A stretch of DNA of 64,000 nt from Podarcis bocagei (taxonomy: Eukaryota). Made by a program: the position numbers and the translations under genes. Every line of letters starts with the position of its first letter. Position 1 is the first letter of the stretch. Positions 37,201 through 46,886 of this stretch are shown here, one piece after another. The stretch lies in the NCBI GenBank assembly GCA_964188305.1, contig OZ076894.1. One strand, written 5' to 3'. The notes beneath the pieces are model-generated. The model was not told the origin of the DNA. It was given only the letters and a program-made list of their open reading frames with translations, and made no database searches.

Positions 37201-40200
37201 ACACACTCAAAAGGCTGGGAAAGATCTTTTTCCCACCTGGTGGGACCTTTGGGGAGTCATAACAGAGAGCTCAGGACCGGATGGGCCAGGGAATGAGGCA
37301 GGGCAAACCCACTTCCTCTGGCCTTCAGGAATTTGCCTAATTCCCTTCTAAAGAGGCCCCCGTCTGACTTGTGGCAGCGGATTCCAGGTTCTGCAATGAA
37401 GAACTGCCTTTTTGCCCACTGGAACTCTCCCAACATTGGATCACTTCCTGAGTCCTGGAATTATGAAAGAGAGAGGAGCCCCCCCCCCAAAAAAGAAGCA
37501 TTTTCTGAGTGCTTTTATAAACCTTCCTCCTATACCTCCTTTTGCCCTCAGGCTGAGCTGAAGAGCCTCCCAGAATTTGCCCTTTTAGGGAAGACTCAGA
37601 GAGGAAACTGATGATGCCACACAGTGGACCCAGGTTACACGGTGCCTGTGTTGCGGTGGGACCTGGGTGCTCAGCTCCCTTGCAGCCCACCTTTGCTTGC
37701 CTGCCGGCAAAGACGCCTCTTTCTTCCCAGCTGAAGGCACACAGAGGTGCCCTCAGCCCAGCAGTGAGTCACCGCTCAGACATCCCTGGACCAGACAGAG
37801 CACACACTGGCGCCTTTGTCCAAAGTCCTCCGCGGCCAGACGCCCATTCACATGGCTCAGGTGCTGCCCCACTCTCCTCTCCCCCCGCCCTGCCCGCTCC
37901 TTTCCTCGGAAACATTCCGGCGTCTTCCCGTGCCATTGACACACCAGCTCCCCAGGCCAAGTCAGGGTGATGGAGACGGGCAAGGATCCATCGCAAGGCC
38001 AGAGGGCTTCTCTCCTGTCTGTCTGTCAAATGACCCTCAGGTCCCTTCCAACTCTATAATGCTATGATTCCAACTCTGCATAGCGGGGGGGGGGGGCTCC
38101 AAAGGGTCCTATCAAGACAAATGCCGCCCCCCCAACTCTCCATGTTCCTCAGTGCCAGCCCCCGTCCGCACAGCAGAAATGGCTCAGCTCCAGGGCAGCC
38201 CAAGGCCACGAGACACTCATGCCCCTGGCAAGACAAGAAACGTCATCCGCCCCTGGGGAACGCCCCAGAGAGAGGTGCTGCCCCACTGAGAGGCAGAGGA
38301 GGCAGAAAGCAGAGAGCTCAGCCCTCCAGCAGCGCCTCTGAGTCCCTGGTGAACCTCCTGCCCTCAAACCTGGAGGGGAAGCATTGCGGCGGAAAGGGGT
38401 GCTCGGTTTGGGGAGGAGGTTCACCACCTCCCCTTCTGGATCCACAGCCAGTGAATCCGGACTGAGCAGGACAGCATGGCCCCCTGTCAGGTGGGGGGTG
38501 GGGCAGGACTCAGGGGCGGGGGGCCAGGGTCCGCCTGCTGCACAGAAGCAGGGGCCTCCTGGCTCCGTTACCTCTTCCGGGGGCCTGGCTTCCTCCGGCC
38601 CTTGGCAGCTCGCTTGGCCCGCCTGCGGGAGGAAAGTCAACAGGGCCTCTTCAGGAAGACAGGCGAGGGGCCAGGCGGGGGGGGGAGCCCCCAGGGCAAC
38701 ATCTGGCCAAGTTGGTCCCCAATCTTCCCGTTCTCTAGCTGCAAGAGCTGGAGGTGCTTCCACTGAGCAGCTTCCCACCTCCCACCCAGACACCCTCCCC
38801 AAATCTAACCATCTGAATTCAAAGCAGCTTAGCTGGCAAGACAGGAAGGTCCAAGGCAAGACAGCAACTCCTCCAAAGACCCTGGCTCCTTGCAAGGCAA
38901 GATAGACATTGCTAGGCGGGAGCTGTAGGATAGCTCAGCTCCAGGGTGGTGATGTCATTTACAGCAGTCCAAACCTATACATTTTGGTGCCCAGAACTGG
39001 ACATGGGACTCCAGGTGGAGGCTGACCAAGACAGACTAGAGCAGACTCTGACTTCCCTTGATCAGGACACTAGACTTCTGTTGATGCAGCCTAGAATTGC
39101 ATTAGCCTTTTTTGCTGCTGCATCACACTGTGGACTCATGTCAAGCTTGTGATCGAAGAAGACCCTGTGATCCTTTTCACATGACCTGCCGTCAAGTCAG
39201 GTGTCCCCCATTCTATATACAAAGCTGGTTATCCCTGCCTAAGTGTAGAAACTGAAATTTGTCCCTATTAAAATCCATTTTGCCAGTTTTAGCCCAGTTT
39301 CCCAATCTGTTAAAGGTCATCTTGAATCCAGATTCTGACCCCTGTGTCATTTGTGACACCTCCCAGTTTGGTGTAATCCTTGACAGGAATTTGCACTCAG
39401 GGGGGCAGAGCCTTAAAGGGGTCTTGACACATGGCTATGATGATGACGACAGTATCCAAGACTTAAGTGCAGAGAGCCCAGAGGTCCTCTCCTGATTTCC
39501 CAACAGATGACCGCAGTGCCTGGAGACAGACAGTGAGGTCATGCTGCTATAGCAGTGACCAGAGGAGGAATGACCACTGGTAGGAGCGCAGAGAGAAGAA
39601 ATGCCATGGTGCGACTGACCACCTTTCTCTGCCCCAGCTGCAACAAAACATGTCTCTCCCCTATCGGTCTCTCCAGTCACAGCTGGAACTCTTCAACAGC
39701 CTGGCTTCACCCCCAAAGACACCCTCCTCCATTGTCTCCAGAGACAGACAATGTTAACCAGCAATTTCCCAGCATGTGATCAGTCCATTCCCCCTCCCCC
39801 ATGGAGGTCAGTGGCAAGACTGTCCTCCAAGGGTCTGAATGGGGGGGCATCTCGGTTCTCCCCCCTCCACGCAGTCACTCACTTGTAGAAATTGCGGTTG
39901 ACCTTCTTCTCAGCAGGGAAGCCCAGCATCCCACAGATGACGCGGCTGTTGCGGCTGCTCCAGTTCTCATCACAGATCTGTGCCCAGCTGCCCCGGTGGC
40001 GGACTTCCACAATGCCCTCTGCCACGGGCAGGGGCCGCTTGGCGTGGGAGACCACGGGGCGCAGGCGCAGCTCCTCCACCTGGTTCTGCTCTGTCTGGAG
40101 GGAGGGAGGGAGGGTCAGCCCCCGGCAGAGACCTCTGCCCCACTGCATGGCCTGGCAGGGGACTGGGTTCCATCCCGAGAAAGGATGCTTGAGTTGTGAT

Positions 40201-42929
40201 TCCCACATTGCTGGGGGTTGGGAGAGGGTTGCAAGGAGGAGGAGTTGGAGGCTGGAAGGTGGGACCTGTCTGGTGGGAGCCTGTTGGGAAAACAACTTTT
40301 AACACCGCACCCCAACACACACAGAAAACCAGCAGGGTCTCCAAAGTGGGGGGAGGAGGAGGAAGAGGGCAGAGACTCTTTTGCTGAGAGGAAGGAGGCG
40401 GCTGGGGCTCGGGTGGAACCTCCTGCTGTTGAGAAAAGAATCCCTGGACCCAAAAATGCAGCCACAGGGGTGTGGGGCCTGCTTAATAGAAAGCAGCATG
40501 GCTTTGCTGTGGCCAAGTGACGCCAGGCGGCCCCCACTTTCCCCTCGAGTGACGAGTCACAGAACGGAATGCTGTGGGTGTAAAACGCCTCTGGCCTCCT
40601 GCCCAGCTGGTTGGTGCCCCAGTTCCAGGGCTGACGTCACCCCCGCCAGCTGGAGACGGGAGGCCGTCAGGGCGGTGTGAGGAGGAAGCCCTGAGCAGAG
40701 GAAGGAAGAGCCAAGGGGGTCTGTGTGGAGTGAGGGGTCTGTTGTAGCTTCCCAGGAGGACTTCCTGACTGGGGCCTGGCCTGCTGGGAAATGCTTGCAG
40801 GGAAGCCCAAAACTGGGGGTGGGGAAGAGTTCACCCACCTCAAAATTCTCCAGAATATAATATGGGCAAACTGGCAATGGAAAAATGGAAGGAATGTGGC
40901 CCCAAAGCAGCCCTGCCAGGTCTCCCAGGGACACCTCAGGCTAGGCCCCCTCTTGCCCCCCACTCCTTCCCCGCTTCCACAGTGACCCCCTTACACCCGC
41001 AGGGCTAGATCCCAGACTGTGCTAACAGTGACGTTAAAGCCCCACATAGGAATGCGCCTGGAAAAGTCTGTGCGCTGGAGCCACGAGACATTTTTCCTGG
41101 AAAATCACCCTCCAACTGAACATTTGCTCTCCCTTCGTGGAGGAAACGCGTCCCAGCCATCTGGCCACAGGCAGCTGCAAGAGGAACATCTGGCCAGAGC
41201 TGCCTTGCTCTCGCTTACTCTTTCCTACTCTTTTTCGCCTGCCATAGATGCATAAACACCCACACCTGGGCAGCCCATGAAGCTGAGGTTGGAAGATTCA
41301 GGGTAGCTGAATCCTTCCTCAAGAGGGACTGAGCCCCAGGCAACAGGCCCAGGCACGAAGGCAGGGCTGGCCCAGCTGGGGGCCCTTCTTCCTTCCTTCC
41401 ACCCCCCCCCCCGCCTGGGCCTCCTCCAGTCTCTTTCAGGGAACATCCTGTGCTCTTCCAAGCCTTCCACGTCTGACTAATGCAGCCTTGTTGGGACCCA
41501 CATGCTTAGGGAGCAGTTGTCTGCAGCAGGAATGGGGATCCCCCTAGCTCCCACTGCCTCTGCTGCCACAGGCACAGCAGCCCTGCCAGCCTCCCCCCCC
41601 CCACTGCCCCCAAGCAAACATCTCCCCACCCACCTCAATCACATTGGAGTCCACAAAGCCAGGGATGCGCTCGTCTTTGCAGATGACACCGGCGTCTTCT
41701 TCATGGGAGCAGTCGCTGTTGCCCCAGCCCCTCGACCGGCAGTCCGTGATGCTCTTCTCACTGCCCCCACAGTTCACGTTGTCCAGCCAGATGCGCCCTG
41801 CAAAGCCATAGCCAGGAGGANNNNNNNNNNNNNNNNNNNNNNNNNNNNNNNNNNNNNNNNNNNNNNNNNNNNNNNNNNNNNNNNNNNNNNNNNNNNNNNN
41901 NNNNNNNNNNNNNNNNNNNNNNNNNNNNNNNNNNNNNNNNNNNNNNNNNNNNNNNNNNNNTGAGAGCGACTCTAGCCAGAGACTTTTCCTTAGTCAATCT
42001 TGGATGCCTGCTCCTTAGGACTGGCTGTGCTTACCCAGCAAAGAGGAGAAATGCTCTCTGCATATGCTTAAATGCAAAATCTTTTAGTATTCTCCTTCAC
42101 TGGTTCTGCAAGATTGTGGCCTAGAAAGCTGTGGAAAGCGAGGAGCCAGTGTGGTTTTGTGGTTAGAGTGTCAAACCAGGAGAGACCAGGGTTCAAGTCT
42201 CCATTTGCCCATAAAGCGCACTGGGTGACCATGGGCCAGTCCATGCCTTTCAGCCTTACCCACCTCACAGGGTTGTTGTGCAGATTAAATGAGGAGTGGG
42301 AGAAGCACGTGGTCCACTGTGCGCTCCTTATTTAAGTGCAATAAACAATTAGATAATATTATGTATTTAAACAATCTGTGGCCTTTTAAACTGCATGGCG
42401 TGTTTGTTACTATGTTATGTATTTTGTGATTTTTATATTGTGAAGCACCCTGGGGTCTTCTAGAAATTTAATAAATTCAAATGTGCAGCCTGGATCAGAT
42501 CAAGGCTGCAGCTTATGAGTGTCTCCTCTTCTCAAGGACAAAACAGTGCAGGGGCTGCCCCGCCCCCGCCCCCGCCCTGCCCCATCCCAGCGCCCCTTGC
42601 CCCGGCCCTCGCTGCTCACCGATGCCTTTGCCATACTTGGCGCTGTGAGTCCAGCCGGTGGCGGCCACAAAGCCCAAGTGGCGGCAGAGAACGTGGGCGT
42701 TGGCCAGAGTGAAGTCGTCGTCGCAAATGGTGCCCCACTCCTGGCCGTAGAAGACCTCGATGCGCCCCTCGTTGTGCTTGCGGGGGTAGCCAGCCAGCCG
42801 GAACTGCAGCTTGGGGCGAGCCGGGGTGCTCTGCACTGTGGGTGCCGCTGGGGTGCTCTGCTGGGCGGCGCCCACCCCCAGCCAGACACCACACAGCAGC
42901 CCAAGCACCTCCCACAGGGCAAGACCCAT
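31241..42929 (-). CDS. LOXL3: Lysyl oxidase homolog 3 (4 SRCR + LOX domain)
   Basis: Exons 42620-42929, 41634-41797, 39883-40094, [38572-38622, 36390-36449 optional], 35939-36158, 35357-35537, 34835-34989, 34325-34480, 33649-33808, 33149-33392, 32786-32901, 32434-32570, 31400-31511 and 31241-31314. Signal peptide, WGTICDD SRCR motifs, Cu-binding [11 protein letters not shown] and [19 protein letters not shown]. Lies between HTRA2 and DOK1 as in mammals. Confidence 0.95.
37041..37200 (+). mobile_element. Penelope-like element copy forming a perfect 122-bp palindrome, 12-bp TSD
   Basis: 37041-37101 is the exact reverse complement of 37102-37162. TSD ACACACTCAAAA at 37035-37046 and 37201-37212. 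Confidence 0.85.
38940..39380 (-). repeat. CR1 ORF2 fragment
   Basis: ttctgttgatgcagcctagaattgcattagccttttttgctgctgcatcacactg is typical CR1 RT-region sequence. Confidence 0.7.
39490..39760 (+). repeat. RTE-type LINE 3' remnant
   Basis: Encodes a [20 protein letters not shown]2H2-like C-terminus typical of RTE elements. Confidence 0.5.
41821..41960. other. Assembly gap (140 N) in a LOXL3 intron
   Basis: Run of N. Confidence 1.
42135..42335 (+). repeat. tRNA-derived (MIR/CORE-like) SINE
   Basis: A-box/B-box-like gtggttagagtg...gggttcaagtc followed by cctcacagggttgttg. Related copies at about 4600-4820 (-), 32920-33100 and 35615-35800. Confidence 0.6.
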
Positions 42930-43299
42930 CGTCCTGGCTGCCTGGACCTGGAGGGGAAGAGAGGGAGCTTGAGCGGGGAGAACCCCCGGGCCCAGGCAGG
43001 CAGGCAGTCGCGGCCCTGCAAGGTCAGCCTCGCGGTCGTCCTGCCCCAGCGAGGCCATTCCTCCACCCGGGAGCGCAGAGCCAGTCCCCGCGGCCATCCT
43101 GTGCCCTTGCCCAGGACCAGAAGCGCCCCGCCCGCTTCTCCGGCTGAACTGGCGCGGATGCTGCTCCCAAGGGCTCGGAACAAGTCCCCCCTCCGCCTAA
43201 GAAGCCTCTCGTCCGCAGGAGCCCCTTCCGCTGGCCAGGTGGGCGCCACTTGGGGATCGAGTCACCCTGCGGAACTGTCGAGGGGCTTTTAACTTTCGC

Positions 43300-44250
43300 A
43301 AAAAGGAGGGTTGCCGGTGGGCAACCTGAGACGCGCGGAGGGCCCGGAGAGGGAAGGCGGAGGCGGCTTTGGCCCCTCCTGGGCCGGGCAGAGAGCCCTT
43401 CGGGCGGAGGAGGCAGCCGGCGGCCGCATTGGCCGAGCCGGGACTTTTAAAAGGAGAAAGTGGTCGCGAGCTGGGAGAGCGAGATGGAGCCTCCACGGGC
43501 AGAGGCCGTCTACCTTCTCCCGTCGGGGCCTTGCGAGAGGAACCGCGGCCCGCCCGCCCGCCCGCCCCCGCGAGGAGTCCTGGCCTCCAGTGGCCGGGCG
43601 GGGAGGCGTCTGGAGGCCCCCTTCCTCCCCCGTCCCGCCTCCCAGCTGCCTCGGGATGCCGCGGGGTCCCACGCAGCCGCCCCCCCCGGAGCTCCCCCGG
43701 AGCTGGGCAGGGCTGGCCAGCCAGGCAGGCTCGGGGGCGGCCTCTGCCATGGGCGCCTGCTTCCGAGACGGCGCCGCGTCTTCAAAGTTCCCCCTCCCGC
43801 TCGCCCAGCTCCATCTCTTCCCGAAGGAGCGGGCGCCTCCGCTGCGCTCCCCGCCCGGGGTCCCCGCTGACCTCGGCTGAGCTGCGCCGCCTCCACTGCG
43901 CCGCGCTGCCCCGCTGTTCAAGGCCAGGCGACTAACGGGCCGCCCCCGGCCGGCCTCGCCTTCACCCCGCCCCCGGCCGGCCTGCTCGCGCTTGGCTCGG
44001 GCCGGCGGGGCGGGCGCAGGCAGCAGCCCCCGGGCAGCGGGAGAGGCGCAGGCGCGCCGCCGCCGAAGAGCATCGGGGGCTCCGCTTCGGACGGGGCGGG
44101 CGCAGGGAGGGAGAAGCCTGGCTGGAAGGTCCCTCCCTACTTAAGGCGGGACGGGGAGCTCCCGGGAGCCGAGAGGGGTCTCGAGCCAGCAGCAACGGCA
44201 AGAGGAGGCGCGCAGGGTGATCCTATAGCGGAGACCAATGGCTGGGCCAC
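43300..44250 (-). promoter_or_regulatory. CpG island, LOXL3 promoter/non-coding first exon
   Basis: CpG-dense with GC boxes. Candidate - strand donor near 43870, upstream of the acceptor at 42947. Confidence 0.55.
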
Positions 44251-44891
44251 GGCAGCCTGCTTTCCGCCGGAAAACCTCCTTGGAGGCACATCTTGCAGTC
44301 GAAGGAAGGAGCCCTCTCCAAGGAGTGGGGTGTGGTCGGGGCTCAGCTTCAGACCCCACAGGGGGCGTCTCCTCTAGGGCCTTCGACTAGCTCTGGGCCA
44401 GGAGAGGATGCCGGATTAAGCACTGGAACTCCCTGCCTCAGGATGCAGTGATGGCCACCAACTTGGATGACTTTAAAAGAGGATTCGGCAAATTCATGGA
44501 GAAGTCTGCTTGATTTTTTTCTGGTATGCAGTGCATTCCCCTAGAGCATATCCCCCCGTTTTCTTCTTCCCCCACAAACCCCCACCCCCAAGAAACCAAA
44601 ATAAAAAATGAGTTTTTGGCAGCTTTAAAACTGATTGAGGGATGAAAGCCCCAGAGTAATTCAGTCCTGGAAACATGCCATAGTCCCCCTGATCCAAATG
44701 CTCAAGGAGACCTTGACAGGATGGATGAAATCAAGGAAGCATCCAAAAGCAGAGGCGCGGACGCAATGGGCGACTTCCGCTACGCTCACCTAGGCGGGCT
44801 GCATGTGGGTTCCGGGCACGACGAAGAGGCCGAGTTTCTAGGCATCCTAAATGCGCTGGAGCAGCTGGTGCTGGAGCCAAGCAGGGCGCAA

Positions 44892-44905
44892 GCGCCCTCT
44901 AGTGG
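44892..44905 (-). promoter_or_regulatory. CTCF consensus site
   Basis: CCACTAGAGGGCGC on the - strand is a near-perfect CTCF core, located between the LOXL3 and DOK1 promoters. Confidence 0.6.
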
Positions 44906-45039
44906 GGAAACAACAGCCCTGCCCTGCCGCCTGCTACTGATTTCAGAGGACTCTGTAGGAGCAGGGACGTCGCTTGTGGGGACTGTACTTTTTGAGGCTC
45001 AGGTGACCCGAGTGCCGTGGAAACTGGGAAAACCCTAGA

Positions 45040-45580
45040 TCAGCTTTGCTGGTGACCCAGCTGCATCCTTATCTGGACAGGGACAGCCTAACTTCCATTG
45101 TCTATGCTCTCCCCCTCTTAGATTACTGCAAGGCATTATACGTGGGGCTGCCTCTGGAGACAGTTCGGAAACTTCAGCTGGTGCAGAATTCAGAAACCAG
45201 GTTGCTCACCAGGGCAAGAGGCTTGGAGAATATGACACTGATCCTGGTCTAACGGCACTGGCTGCCAATGAGTTTCTGGGCCCAATTCAAAGTGCTGGTT
45301 TTGACCTATTAAAGCCTTAAACAGCTCAGGATCGCAATACCTCAAGACCCACCTCCTTCCATATGACCCTACTTGGACCCCGAGATCATCTTCTGAGGCC
45401 CTTTGTTCCCTTTCAAGCAGGCCTTCAACGATACTCTCTTAAGTGTGGTGGGGAGCGGGTTATTGGCTGGTTGGGTTTTGTTCTTGTTTTTATTGCATAT
45501 TTTGTGTTTTTCTCTTTTATTTTATGTTGTGATTGCCCCAAAATCTAGGGATGAAGTGTGGTATACAAACAAACAAAATA
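45040..45580 (+). repeat. L2-type LINE RT fragment
   Basis: PYLDRDSLTSIVYAL...LDYCKALYVGLPLETVRKLQLVQN, a degenerate L2 ORF2 C-terminus. Confidence 0.7.
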
Positions 45581-46350
45581 AAATAAAAATTCCATACTCC
45601 AGATGCCTCTCAGCTGAGAGGCCCTGGGCTTCAGCAGAAACCCCCTTCCCATGCCAGCCCCCCTCAGCCACGCAGCTGCTGCAGGAGCTCTGCCCGCCTC
45701 CTCTGGGCTCCAAGGGCAGGAGAGGCTTTGGCCCCGCCCTGCTGGGATCCTAAGCTGGATGCCAGGCCTTCTTGAGGGCCCAGGTCAGGCCGTTGTCTGC
45801 GCTGGGAGGGTCAGTCCCCGGCGGCATTTGCGTTCCCTCCTCTAAAGCATCCATGATGGCATGGAAAGGGAACAAGAGCCCTGTGGCTGCTGCTGCTGAA
45901 TCACCCCAAAGGGGACCCCGCTCGTCCAGCCTCCTGGCTGCCCCCCCCCATTGCCAGCCAGATGCCCATCCTGGGAAACCCGCCCGCGAGTCCAGAGCGC
46001 GACAGACCCCACTCCTCTCCTGCGGCTTCCCCGCCCGGGCCGACTCCGCATTGCGACCGAGCAGCTCTTCGGGGCTCCAGGACAGACCTGCAGCGCGGGG
46101 CTCCTCCCGCCCACGGACACGCGCTCCCACCCGAGACCTACGAGCTCCGGAGTCACGAAGCGAAAGTTTCGACGACGTTTCTGACGTCGCAGCCAACCCC
46201 CCGCCCCGGGGGACTTGCCACCACGCTTCAAAATACAAACGCGCTTCTTTCTTCTGCGTCGGTTGGGGATTATTTTTCCCTTTAAGGTGGCCTCTCGCCT
46301 GAATGTCCGTTCTAGAAAGCGGACTGTTTTCTCAAACTAGTTTTGGTCCC

Positions 46351-46479
46351 TGTGTATCTGAAGAAGTGTGCATGCACACGAAAGCTCATACCAAGAACTA
46401 ACTTAGTTGGTCTTTAAGGTGCTACAGGAAGGAATTTTTTTATTTTGACTATGGCAGACCAACACGCCTACCTATCTGT
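46351..46479 (+). mobile_element. Short Penelope-like retroelement copy with minimal hammerhead ribozyme, 16-bp TSD
   Basis: AACTAGTTTTGGTCCC at 46335-46350 and 46480-46495 flanks a ~130-bp insert homologous to 37102-37200 and 10889-11077. Confidence 0.8.
46354..46391 (+). ncRNA. Minimal type I hammerhead ribozyme
   Basis: GUAU-CUGAAGA-A-GUGUG CAUG CACAC-GAAA-GC-UC/AUAC. Stem I is GUAU/AUAC, both catalytic boxes are present, stem II is perfect, and stem III is the palindromic AGCU. Confidence 0.75.
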
Positions 46480-46886
46480 AACTAGTTTTGGTCCCGTCGA
46501 ACTTTTGATGTTTCTGGTCTTGTAACGTCCCAAACGCAGAGGCAAACTTTGAATCGCGAAACCAGTTCGCTTCGAAGCTTTCCTTGCCGGTGGCCACGCC
46601 GTCCGGGATGAGGCCCCCGAGCAGAGAAAGGGCCCGCCGGGCTGGCCGTCCTTCGAGGCTGCTTCCGGCCAGAGGGCGGCCCGAGCGCGGCCGCCTGCCC
46701 CCTCCGGCCCGCCCCTTCGAGGCAGGGCTGAGCCAGGCCAGCGCCCCCATCCCTGGCCTGGGGGCGGAGCCGCCCCTCCCCGCCCGGCGGCTTCCGCTCC
46801 CTCGGCGAAGCCCCTCCCCGCGCCGAGAGGCGGCGGCGGCGCTGACAGATCCGGAGCGGCTGGGCTGCCCGCGGCGACTCTTCCGG

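Noticed and set aside
41502-41997. ORFs containing X runs
   Set aside because: Artefacts of the 140-N gap.
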